Shown here piece after piece: positions 30,932 through 40,438 of a stretch of 64,000 bases of DNA (positions are counted from its first letter, which is position 1; each line of letters begins with the position of its first letter). The notes under the pieces were generated by a model, which ran no database searches, had not been told where the DNA came from, and worked only from the letters and a program-made list of their open reading frames with translations. The position numbers were made by a program, and so were the translations under genes. Source of the stretch: Alphaproteobacteria bacterium. Lineage in GTDB: Bacteria; Pseudomonadota; Alphaproteobacteria; CAAHEQ01; UBA3637. Location of the stretch: contig JAZLAQ010000035.1 of assembly GCA_045613285.1 (NCBI GenBank), positions 4,670-68,669 of the forward strand. The letters are read 5' to 3'.

Positions 30932-32047
30932 TTACCGTTTTTTTAAACAAACCATTGATGAAATGTTATTTGAAAGAAATAAAAACGTTCTCGGCCATAT
31001 GGTTTTGTTCGGAAATTGTGTCAGAAAAAGAGCTTTATTCAGATTTTTTTCACAAAAACCCTGATAACCATAACGTTTCAAAATAGCCGTAATTTGTTTT
31101 CTTAAAAAATCCAAATCCGATAAAGTTGAAGCTTTGACACCGATAGATAACATGTAACTATTCAAAGAAGATCCGTTTTGAAGTGCAATCAATGCATTTT
31201 TATATTGATCATAAATATGTTGGGAAAATGTTGTAAAAAGTGCCATTTTTTGCTGTTGGATTAAAAGTAGATTTGCTACGTCCTTTTGTATGGTTTCAAT
31301 ATGATGTTGTATAAATACCCGTGGTCCTAAATTTAAAATTTCAGTCAACATATCAGGTTCTGAAAAATCACCCAAATTTTGAATTCCGACAAAACCAAGA
31401 TACGTATTATCAGGTAATTGAATGAGTTTTTCTTTCTTTTGGAAAATGGTTCTGCCGTTTAAAATATCCCATAAATGCTTTGTTTCAAAAGAATCTGTTT
31501 CTTGTGGCCAAGCCGAACTTAATGCAGATAGTGTATAACGAACGCAATAATCTAAATCATTTTTATGTTCCAAAGGCGTCGAAAGAACAAGAATGTCTTT
31601 TTTATCAGGTGATTGTTGTATTTGAATTCTGAAGGGGTAAACCTGTATTTGTTCCAACCATCTTTGAAAGTCTACTGTTGAATTCAGTCCGTGTTTAAAA
31701 GAAATGCAACGTACAACACGATTGTCCCTGGTTATTAATGCGCCATTTTCTTCCCGTATTTTTAGGGTATCGTTTTTCAAGGTGTCTTTGTTCCAATGTT
31801 CTATAACGCCGCCAAATGATTGCATAATTTTGGATAAATGCGGTTCTTTCCTGCTATATATCACCAAGAAAATATGTACGATTACAAAAGACCAGACAAA
31901 AAAATCTGGTATTATTCGGCCAGGGAAAGCCCCTTGAAGCATGACCATAATTGCCATTTGGACAGAAAAATTCGTCACCATCGGCAACATCGGTACCCCA
32001 AAAACACGTGGTGGTATTGCAACTGCTTTTAAAATCGGTTCTTTCAT
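30932..32047 (-). CDS. Truncated VirB3-VirB4(N-domain) fusion paralog lacking the ATPase domain
   Basis: Residues 1-80 are collinear with VirB3 (MKEPILKAVAIPPRVFGVPMLPMVTNFSVQMAI…) and the remainder aligns to the VirB4 N-terminal domain (…TFSQHIYDQY…FLFLSNN vs VirB4 [10 protein letters not shown]…FLYLSRV); ends before Walker A. Confidence 0.7.
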   Translation of the reverse strand: MKEPILKAVAIPPRVFGVPMLPMVTNFSVQMAIMVMLQGAFPGRIIPDFFVWSFVIVHIFLVIYSRKEPHLSKIMQSFGGVIEHWNKDTLKNDTLKIREENGALITRDNRVVRCISFKHGLNSTVDFQRWLEQIQVYPFRIQIQQSPDKKDILVLSTPLEHKNDLDYCVRYTLSALSSAWPQETDSFETKHLWDILNGRTIFQKKEKLIQLPDNTYLGFVGIQNLGDFSEPDMLTEILNLGPRVFIQHHIETIQKDVANLLLIQQQKMALFTTFSQHIYDQYKNALIALQNGSSLNSYMLSIGVKASTLSDLDFLRKQITAILKRYGYQGFCEKNLNKALFLTQFPNKTIWPRTFLFLSNNISSMVCLKKR

Positions 32048-32160
32048 TTTATACCTCTATAGCCTCATTCTAACGATTTTTTTTATAAATGCAAGTATAA
32101 TGATTTAAACTATAAATTTTCTTCAACAGTATTGAAATATTTTTTTTGTCATCTTTTTTG

Positions 32161-32189
32161 TTGACAATATTTAATTTTGGGTGTAAAAT
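32161..32189 (+). promoter_or_regulatory. Sigma70-like promoter (TTGACA-17-TAAAAT) upstream of HNH gene
   Basis: Consensus -35, 17-nt spacer, A/T-rich -10; about 30 nt upstream of the 32221 start. Confidence 0.35.
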
Positions 32190-32220
32190 ACGAAAATAAA
32201 CAAAAAATAGTGGGGAAAAA

Positions 32221-33447
32221 ATGGAATTTGAAAAAGCATGTAGTTTATGTAGCAAAGAATTTGAATTAACGAATACACCATTGTTTATTCAGTTTTTTAA
32301 TCGAAAGGTGTCTGCGTTATTCAGTATTCCCGGAAAAACGGCTGACGATGTAAGGATAAAGAAAATTCGATATACTCCGGTAGAACATGGACTGCTTAGC
32401 AGTGGCAGTGTTTCGAAAGAAAAAAGAAGCTTATTCTTTGTTCCGGATGATATGCAAAAAAAAATGTTGCAACATTTCTTAAAACGGGGCATATTGCAAA
32501 AACACTTTCCGGAAGATGTCGTTAAAGCTGCGGAAAATGGGAATAAACCAAGTTTATATCATTTTGCTTGGATTGTTCCACCGTATTTAGGTGGCAGAAT
32601 GGATAGCAGAAATATATTTTTGGTTCAAAATCACGCATTGGCTGGGTTAAAGCATCTGATTTGGTATCCGTTAGAAAAATCTATGAAAGAAACCATGGCG
32701 AGTGATAAGTTTAAATATATTAATTTTCAGTTTCATGAATTTCCGAAAGTATTCCATTTTAGCGATTTAGAACAATTTTGTGCTAGTAATTTGGATTACC
32801 AAAAACGCTTTATGCATAGATTAAATCTGATAGAAAAAAGTGCAAAAATCAAAATTCAAGATGAAGGTAAGTGCCTTGTTTTAAAGGCTACTGAACATCC
32901 ATTTTTATCTTCGCCTGTTTTAAGAATTCAGTTGCATGATCCAATACCTAATGCTCGGGATGATTTTTATGCGGATGTTCATTTAAAGAAGAAAGTTCGT
33001 CAAAGGGATGCTAGCTTATTGGCACATTTAGGAAAAGATGAACGGCTGGAAATGTCATGTAAAGGAACTGTACCATCAAGATTGCAGTTTGAATTTCATC
33101 ATATTGTCCCTTTGGAATTTGGTGGTAGAAATTGTCTGGAAAATATTTGTATGGTTACACATGATATTCATATCCGTTTTAATGAGACGGTAGAAAAACC
33201 TTTAAGGCAATTTTTGGAGCGTCATCCGGCTATGAAAAAAGCCTCTTATAACGGTAAAGAAATTTTTGTTGAAATACCTGTTCCGATGGTTTCATATCAA
33301 GATGCCGATGTGGATCTAAGTAAAGTTAAAAAAGTAAAAAAAACACACACAAAGTATGAACGGCGTAATTTACGTCGGAAAGAAAAAACAAGTTTATCTT
33401 TGGCACTAAAATATGGTGATTTGGATATTGTTTATACCAGACAATAA
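32221..33447 (+). CDS. HNH endonuclease-domain protein with unknown ~290-aa N-domain and polybasic C-tail
   Basis: HNH motif EFHHIVPLEFGGRNCLENICMVTHDIHIRFN; C-terminus KVKKVKKTHTKYERRNLRRKEK; 408 aa. Confidence 0.7.
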   Translation: MEFEKACSLCSKEFELTNTPLFIQFFNRKVSALFSIPGKTADDVRIKKIRYTPVEHGLLSSGSVSKEKRSLFFVPDDMQKKMLQHFLKRGILQKHFPEDVVKAAENGNKPSLYHFAWIVPPYLGGRMDSRNIFLVQNHALAGLKHLIWYPLEKSMKETMASDKFKYINFQFHEFPKVFHFSDLEQFCASNLDYQKRFMHRLNLIEKSAKIKIQDEGKCLVLKATEHPFLSSPVLRIQLHDPIPNARDDFYADVHLKKKVRQRDASLLAHLGKDERLEMSCKGTVPSRLQFEFHHIVPLEFGGRNCLENICMVTHDIHIRFNETVEKPLRQFLERHPAMKKASYNGKEIFVEIPVPMVSYQDADVDLSKVKKVKKTHTKYERRNLRRKEKTSLSLALKYGDLDIVYTRQ

Positions 33448-33534
33448 AGTCTTTGACTTTTTCAACAAAAAAGCGTATAATCAAAACCGGCCCGTTGTAT
33501 GGGTCGGTTTATTTATTTAGAAAAGGAATTTAAA

Positions 33535-35460
33535 ATGATTGAAATTACGTTGCCCGATGGGGCTAAAATGCAATTTGATTCGCCGGTGTCTGGCTTACAG
33601 ATTGCGCAAAAAATTAGTGAAGGTTTAGCAAAAGCTGCCGTTGCCGTTCAGGTGGACGGAACGTTAACCGATTTAACAACCCCGATTACAACAAATGCAA
33701 CCGTTTCAATCATAACAACACGCAATTCGGAAGCACTGACCGTTTTGCGCCACACAACGGCACATATCTTGGCACAAGCTGTTAAAAATTTATACCCTAA
33801 TGCTTTGGTGACTATCGGACCGGCGGTTGAAAACGGCTTTTATTACGATTTCTTCGGCATTATTTTAAAGGAAGAAGATTTACCCAAAATTGAAGCCGAA
33901 ATGCAAAAAATCATTGATGCAGACTTACCCATTACCCGCTTGGAAGTTTCTTGGGAAGAAGCGCGTCAGTTATTCATTGATAAAGGCGAAAAATACAAGG
34001 TTGAACTGATTGACGATTTACCCGAAGACACAACAACCGTTTCCCTTTATACTCAAGGCGATTATGTTGAACTATGTCGCGGTCCGCACTTATCATCCAC
34101 GGGGAAAGTCGGTAAAGCCTTTAAGTTAACCAAAGTTGCCGCTTCTTACTGGCGCGGGGACGCAACAAAAGAATCTTTACAACGTGTCTATGGAACGGCT
34201 TTTTGGACGGAAAAAGATATGAAAGCTTATTTCACTTTATTGGAAGAAGCTGAAAAACGCGATCACCGAAAACTGGGTAAAGAAATGGATTTATTCCACT
34301 TTGAAGAATACGCCCCGGGTGATGTTTTCTGGCATCCGCGCGGTTGGACGTTCTTCCAAACCCTTATCGGTTATATGCGTCGTCGCCAATTAGCAGAAGG
34401 CTATGTTGAAATCAACACACCGCAAATCATGGATAAAGTTCTGTGGGAAACATCCGGACACTGGGAATGGTATCGTGAAAATATGTACACCACAACCATC
34501 GAAGAAAAAACATTTGCGATTAAGCCGATGAACTGCCCCGGTGGTGTTTTAACGTTTAAACAGGGTATCACCAGTTATCGTGATTTACCACGCCGTATTG
34601 CTGAATTCGGGCGGGTTCATCGCTATGAAGCATCGGGTGCTTTACATGGCCTGTTGCGGGTTCGTGCCTTTACACAGGATGATGCCCATATTTTCTGCAC
34701 ACCTGAACAGTTTAAAGAAGAAAGCCAACGCGTTGTTCGCTTTATGTTGGACATTTATAAAGACTTTGGCTTAAAAGACGTCAATATCAAATTGTCCACA
34801 CGACCCAAAGAAAGAATCGGAACGGACGAAATTTGGGATATGTTGGAAGAAGGCCTTGCTAATGCCTTAACCGAGATGGGATATAAATACACCGTTAACC
34901 CCGGCGATGGCGCTTTCTATGGTCCGAAATTAGACTTTAAACTCAAAGATGCCATCGGTCGTGAATGGCAACTCGGAACACTTCAGGCTGACTTAAACCT
35001 GCCCGAAAGGTTTGACGTCACTTATATCGGCGAAGACGGACAAAAACATCGTCCGATAATGTTGCACCGTGCTTTGTTCGGCTCACTAGAACGTTTCTCG
35101 GGTGTTTTAATTGAACATTGTGCGGGGGCTTTCCCCTTCTGGCTGGCACCGGTTCAGGTGGTCGTTGCACCGATTTCATCCGAGCAAGATGCCTATGTTA
35201 AAGAAATCGCGCATAGACTTTTTGTTGCTGGCATTCGTGTTGAAACGGATTTACGTAATGAAAAGATTAGTTATAAAGTCCGCGAACACTCGCTTAAGAA
35301 AGTGCCTGTCATTTTGGTTGTCGGTGCGAAAGAAGTGGAAAACAAAACTGTTACCATTCGCAGACTCGGTTCCGATAAACAACAGGTTATCCCGTTTGAA
35401 GAAGCGCTCAAGCAATTCAAATTGGATGCCCGTTTCCCAAGCGTAGAATACGACGATTAA
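33535..35460 (+). CDS. thrS: Threonine--tRNA ligase
   Basis: Start at [10 protein letters not shown] (TGS domain); class II motifs ([26 protein letters not shown]), anticodon-binding C-domain. Confidence 0.95.
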   Translation: [641 protein letters not shown]

Positions 35461-35469
35461 TAACAACAG

Positions 35470-35505
35470 ACGGGCTTTGAACATCAAGGCCCGTTTTCTT
35501 TTTTC
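35470..35505 (+). terminator. Rho-independent terminator after thrS
   Basis: ACGGGC…GCCCGT hairpin followed by TTTCTTTTTTC. Confidence 0.5.
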
Positions 35506-35519
35506 AAGGAGATTTTTTC

Positions 35520-36767
35520 ATGCTTCTTCAAAATGTTTTTCATGACGGACAAGTTTGCGATATTCTGATTCAAGGCAATAAAATTGCGCGAATTGCCCCG
35601 CATATAATTATCCCAAACGAAGAAACGCTGGATTGTTCGGGCAAAGCGATTTTACCTTCTTTTGCCAACACACATACACATGCCTCTATGATGTTTTTGC
35701 GTGGTGTCGGGGAAGATAAACCGCTGTTTGAATGGTTAAATGAAAGTATTTGGCCTTTGGAAAATAAATTAAAACCGGAACATATTTATCCGCTCTCCCG
35801 CTTTGCGATTTTAGAGATGATAAAGACAGGAACGACTTTTTTCTGCGATATGTATTGTGATGTTGATGAAACCATAAAGGCGGTTCAGGACATGGGCATT
35901 CGCGCAATGATTCCCTATGTTGGGGCTATGGATGTTTTTGATTCAAATGAATTTCCGAAACGCCTGACAAAAGCCACCGATTATATGTCGACATCAAGTC
36001 CTTGTTCTCGCGTTATCAAAGGACTTTCCTGTCATGCGATTTATACGACGTCCGAAAAAATGATTCGTACATTTTATGAAATAGCTCGGAAACAAGATAC
36101 TTATTTCCACATTCACATTTCCGAAACACAAAAGGAAGTGGACGATTGTATCAACCAATTTGGTTGTAGGCCGGTGGAATTACTCCATAAATGGGGGGTC
36201 TTAGGTCCTAAAACAATCCTCGCCCACGCCGTTCATTTAAGTGATACAGAAATCAAAATACTGGCACAAACACAATCGGTCATAGCCCATTGCCCGACAT
36301 CAAACCTGAAATTAAATTCAGGCGCTATGGATTTACAAAAATACCTAAATGCCGGATTAAGACTGACACTCGGGACAGATAGTGTTTCTTCAAATAATTC
36401 CTTGTCTATGACAAGTGAAATGAAGTTTGCTGCCCTTTCTGCAAAATCTATTGCAGGTTCTACTATGGCCGGAAAAGTGGATGATATTTTTAATATCGCG
36501 ACCCAAAACGGTTTTCAAGCCTTTGGCATAAACGCTGGAAAGATAGAAGAAGATTCACTTGCCGATTTTATTTTGGTTGATTTAAACCATCACTTTTTAA
36601 TGCCGAATACGAATTTAAAATCCAACATGATTTATGCGGCAGATTCGTCTTGTATCACGGATGTTTTCTGTGACGGAAAACAGATTATGACAAACGGCCA
36701 TATAAAAAATGAGGAAGAAATTTGCACTGCCTTTCAAAAAGTATGCGATGATATAATGAGGTCTTAA
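35520..36767 (+). CDS. Amidohydrolase-family deaminase (MtaD/SsnA/guanine-deaminase-like)
   Basis: Metal-binding HTH motif (FANTHTHASM), HIHISE, and C-terminal D in GTDS; 415 aa. Confidence 0.75.
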   Translation: MLLQNVFHDGQVCDILIQGNKIARIAPHIIIPNEETLDCSGKAILPSFANTHTHASMMFLRGVGEDKPLFEWLNESIWPLENKLKPEHIYPLSRFAILEMIKTGTTFFCDMYCDVDETIKAVQDMGIRAMIPYVGAMDVFDSNEFPKRLTKATDYMSTSSPCSRVIKGLSCHAIYTTSEKMIRTFYEIARKQDTYFHIHISETQKEVDDCINQFGCRPVELLHKWGVLGPKTILAHAVHLSDTEIKILAQTQSVIAHCPTSNLKLNSGAMDLQKYLNAGLRLTLGTDSVSSNNSLSMTSEMKFAALSAKSIAGSTMAGKVDDIFNIATQNGFQAFGINAGKIEEDSLADFILVDLNHHFLMPNTNLKSNMIYAADSSCITDVFCDGKQIMTNGHIKNEEEICTAFQKVCDDIMRS

Positions 36768-36796
36768 CCGAATAATTTGAAATCCGGTACAGAATT

Positions 36797-37846
36797 TTAT
36801 CGTCCTGTTTGACTGTTCTTTCTAAAGGTCGTCTGATGTTTTTGGTTTGTTAGGGCAACTTTTTTCTCGGTTGATTTGGATTTGATAGCCTCTAATGCCC
36901 TTTTTTGATGCAATTTTATATGGCAATATTCTCCCTGAACTATAGTTAACTCACAGGTTAAATCCGAATCCTGATTCAAAGCCTTTTCAAAATAAGGGTA
37001 AGGAACTCCCCATTTTTTACGGATAGAAACGGCTGGAATATTTGCATCATAATCCTGATATATTAACCGAGGAATTGCATTTAGATTATTTTTATTTGCT
37101 TGAACGATTTTCATTATGCGATACAATCTTTTTTTACGGCGCTCACGATTAAGGTTGACTGTTCGATCTTTTGCGTTGATGTAAACTTTTGATTCTTTTA
37201 TCGCTGTTTCAAAGTCCCTACTGAGCAAGGCGGCTTTAAATTTTTTATAGGCCATAAAACCTTTGTGTGTTTTTTCTTTTTCACTATAATAACCGACTCC
37301 GACATTATACATGACATCTAAAGCTAAGACTTGCATACATAAAGGCAGTTCAAAAAAAACAGACTTTTTTGTTTTAGGATTTTGAATTTGATTCTGTAGC
37401 TTTTCGATAAAGAATTTCATACCTTTATCGGCTAAAGCTTTTGCGTCTTGGGGTTGAATAGTGTAATTTTCCAACTCATCATCTGTCATTTTTGTCATTT
37501 GGGTATAAACATTTAAGGATTCTTTTTGGGATAATTTTTTTCCTTTGTGGTATAAAGGAATGTTTTGAAACCAATGTGGATTTGCTTCAAAATTCGTCCC
37601 ATAGCCCACGCTGACCTTTTTGCGGGCACATCTATAGAAAGAGAAACGTTCCCCCTCATTCAGTTTTAATAGAGGAAGATAACTATCCATTAATAATTGA
37701 GTTTCATCTTCAATTTCTAATTTCGGATTTAAGTTCGGTAAAGGTTTTTTACTATTTTTTGAAACCTGATATACGGTGGTACCTGTAGCTAATACTGCAC
37801 CTGTTGCAAATAAGCCCTTTAAAAATTGACGTCGTGACATTGGCAT
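36797..37846 (-). CDS. Tat-secreted hypothetical protein
   Basis: Twin-arginine signal MPMSRRQFLKGLFATGAVLATG; mature domain of unknown function, basic C-terminus. Confidence 0.5.
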   Translation of the reverse strand: MPMSRRQFLKGLFATGAVLATGTTVYQVSKNSKKPLPNLNPKLEIEDETQLLMDSYLPLLKLNEGERFSFYRCARKKVSVGYGTNFEANPHWFQNIPLYHKGKKLSQKESLNVYTQMTKMTDDELENYTIQPQDAKALADKGMKFFIEKLQNQIQNPKTKKSVFFELPLCMQVLALDVMYNVGVGYYSEKEKTHKGFMAYKKFKAALLSRDFETAIKESKVYINAKDRTVNLNRERRKKRLYRIMKIVQANKNNLNAIPRLIYQDYDANIPAVSIRKKWGVPYPYFEKALNQDSDLTCELTIVQGEYCHIKLHQKRALEAIKSKSTEKKVALTNQKHQTTFRKNSQTGR

Positions 37847-38037
37847 GGTTATTCTCCTGAAATATCTGATAACGGTTATTGTATACGTAATTTATAAAGA
37901 ATGCAATCCTTTTCTTTTAAATGAAAGGGGATTTGATAGGTGTTTTTCTATAGGTTGTGGTAGAGATTAAAAAATATTGACAGTCTTATATAATTATGGT
38001 ACACATTAAGATGTTTAAATCAATATAAAGGTGTATT

Positions 38038-38307
38038 ATGGAATTTATTGGTGAAATTTTAGGCTATTTGGCCGGTATTTGTACGGCAATTGTTTTTCTG
38101 CCACAGACAATACAGACAATCAAAACGAAAAATGTAGAGGGGATGTCATTGATCACCTATATCATTTATTGTATAGGCATGATCTCATGGATTTTATATG
38201 GTGTCTATTTAAGCTCTGTTCAGATGATTCTTTTTAATGCGATTTCGTTATTTTTTGCATTGATTATTCTTTATATGATTATGATGCATAAAGCAAAGAA
38301 AAAGTGA
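38038..38307 (+). CDS. SemiSWEET / PQ-loop family small sugar transporter
   Basis: 89 aa, three TM helices, PQ motif in TM1 (FLPQTIQTIKTK). Confidence 0.6.
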   Translation: MEFIGEILGYLAGICTAIVFLPQTIQTIKTKNVEGMSLITYIIYCIGMISWILYGVYLSSVQMILFNAISLFFALIILYMIMMHKAKKK

Positions 38308-38487
38308 TGTCGGATGTATTGAGTTTGAGGTCCTAATAAATTTGATCGTATATTTTTAATGTTTAACTTGAATAAAACTTTAATCACTTATTTCAAGGGT
38401 TTTAGCTATTTGTCCAAACAGACAAAGAAGAAAACCAAAAAGCGTTCAATAAAGTTTATGAACAGTTAATAAAATAATTAGCGTATT

Positions 38488-38712
38488 TTAATGAACTGTA
38501 TGGGGCAGGCAGTCATTTTGTTTCAATAAAGCCATCGCCAGTTCTTTGCTGTTGGTATGTCCCAAGCGGTTCCCGTCCGAATCGTACATGGCCCAAACCA
38601 GTTGAAAGTTAATTGTTTCCTGTTTGATGTAAGCCATTTGACAATCGGGTAGCATATCCTGATTTGCAAGACCTTCTGATAATTCGGAATTGATTTTGAT
38701 ATTATCTGTCAT
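38488..38712 (-). CDS. Small hypothetical protein downstream of dnaA
   Basis: 74-aa ORF, no motifs. Confidence 0.25.
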   Translation of the reverse strand: MTDNIKINSELSEGLANQDMLPDCQMAYIKQETINFQLVWAMYDSDGNRLGHTNSKELAMALLKQNDCLPHTVH

Positions 38713-38725
38713 CAGCTAAAAAAAC

Positions 38726-40135
38726 TTAAACGTTTTCTCCTTTTAACCGACGAATTAAAATATCGGCATCTGCGGATAAGGATTTGTCCCTTGTAATCAG
38801 ATTTTCTATTGTGCTGACGGCATGCATAACAGTTGTGTGATCCCGATCAAAACCACGACCGATATCCGGTAAAGATAAAGGAGTCAGTGTCTTTGCCAGA
38901 TACATAGCTAACTGTCTGGGGCGGGCTATTTTTCTATCACGGCGGGTCGATTTTAAATCAGTCAACCCAATTTGATAATGGGCACAAACAGCATATTGAA
39001 TTTCTTTCAGATTGATTTCTTTGACAGAAACACGCAGTAAATCCTGCAATACAACCCGAGTCGTTTCAATATTGATTGGATCACCGATAAGTTCAGCATG
39101 GGCTACAATTCGTTTTAATGCCCCTTCCAATTCACGGATGTTAGATGTAATATTCTTGGCTAGAAAATCTAAAACATCAGCTGGTACCGGCATTGCAACA
39201 GATTTTGTTTTAGCTTCCAAAATACCCCGTCTTAACTCGTAAGATGTTGGCTCTATCTCAACAACCAAGCCTTGAGCTAAACGGGTTTTTAAACGGTCAG
39301 TTGCTTCCTTTAAGTTCTGAACCGGCGAATCTGCTGACAGGATAATCTGTTTTCCATGGGCAATTAAATCGTTAAAAGTATTAAAGAATTCTTCTTGCGT
39401 TGCCTTTTTGTTACAGATAAACTGAATGTCATCAATGATTAAAACATCAACAGAACGGAAAATATCCCGAAAACGCTCGGTCCCTTCAAAACGGTTATTT
39501 TTATCCTGACGCATGGCCCGAATAAAGCGCAATAAGAATTGTTCTGAAGATAAGTACAAAATATTTTTTGTTGGGTATAATTCCCTCATACGCCAGGCAA
39601 TGGCATGTAATAAATGGGTTTTTCCCAGTCCGACACCGCTGTGAATGTATAAAGGATTGGAACCTTCTGAAACTTCTTCTTCTTCGGCTACTTTATGGGC
39701 AGCAGCACAGGCAAATTTATTTGATTGCCCAACAACAAAAGATTTAAATGTATAGGAGGGGTTTAGTAATGAACGCGGAACGTCATTTTCTTCTGATTCA
39801 CCAAATGATGAAATAATAGCTTCATTTCTTAGTGGTTTTAAAACAGCGGGAGACGACAGGGGGAGTTCAGCCTGATTTTGAACAAGTTTTAGGTCTAACG
39901 TAGAAATATCAGCATTTTCTTGTTTCCAGAGTTCCAATATTTTATCAGCATATTTTTCTTTAATCAATTCATGAATACAAGTTGAATGAACTAATAAACG
40001 GACTGTATTTCCTTCAATTTTATCTAAAACGAGTTTTGATAGCCAACGTGCAGCGAATCGGCTGGATTCGCTTCGCTGTATCTGCGAGCATATCCTATGC
40101 CATTGATTGTTCAACATTTCTTGCGACGTTTCCAT
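38726..40135 (-). CDS. dnaA: Chromosomal replication initiator DnaA
   Basis: AAA+ Walker A GVGLGKTHLL, sensor motifs, C-terminal DNA-binding domain (…HTTVMHA…); 469 aa. Confidence 0.95.
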   Translation of the reverse strand: METSQEMLNNQWHRICSQIQRSESSRFAARWLSKLVLDKIEGNTVRLLVHSTCIHELIKEKYADKILELWKQENADISTLDLKLVQNQAELPLSSPAVLKPLRNEAIISSFGESEENDVPRSLLNPSYTFKSFVVGQSNKFACAAAHKVAEEEEVSEGSNPLYIHSGVGLGKTHLLHAIAWRMRELYPTKNILYLSSEQFLLRFIRAMRQDKNNRFEGTERFRDIFRSVDVLIIDDIQFICNKKATQEEFFNTFNDLIAHGKQIILSADSPVQNLKEATDRLKTRLAQGLVVEIEPTSYELRRGILEAKTKSVAMPVPADVLDFLAKNITSNIRELEGALKRIVAHAELIGDPINIETTRVVLQDLLRVSVKEINLKEIQYAVCAHYQIGLTDLKSTRRDRKIARPRQLAMYLAKTLTPLSLPDIGRGFDRDHTTVMHAVSTIENLITRDKSLSADADILIRRLKGENV

Positions 40136-40409
40136 AACGACTATCCCCTGAGTTTATCATTGTAGGATAATCATAGAATAAAAATCATATAAAAAACAAA
40201 TTATTTTTTAACCTTTTTTTAAATTTTTTGCTTGACGCAATATATGTATGTTTGTACCTACATATTGTGTTTTTTGGGTATTTTGTTATGATATATGGGG
40301 ATTTAGCTATATATTAAGGTGTTTTTACATATTTTTTGACCAGAAATGAAAAATAAAAATACCTTTATTTTTCAAATAAAAATATTATTTTTACGATTCG
40401 TTAAAAAAA

Positions 40410-40433
40410 ACACCCCGTCGGGGTGTTTTTTTA
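40410..40433 (-). terminator. Bidirectional rho-independent terminator downstream of MORN gene
   Basis: ACACCCCG-TC-GGGGTGT hairpin flanked by A-run and T-run. Confidence 0.55.
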
Positions 40434-40438
40434 TGGAC

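Noticed and set aside
33478-33510. Possible T-box or other leader upstream of thrS
   Set aside because: Only an imperfect hairpin (ACCGGCCC/GGGTCGGT) consistent with a terminator for the HNH gene; no T-box specifier or antiterminator motifs.
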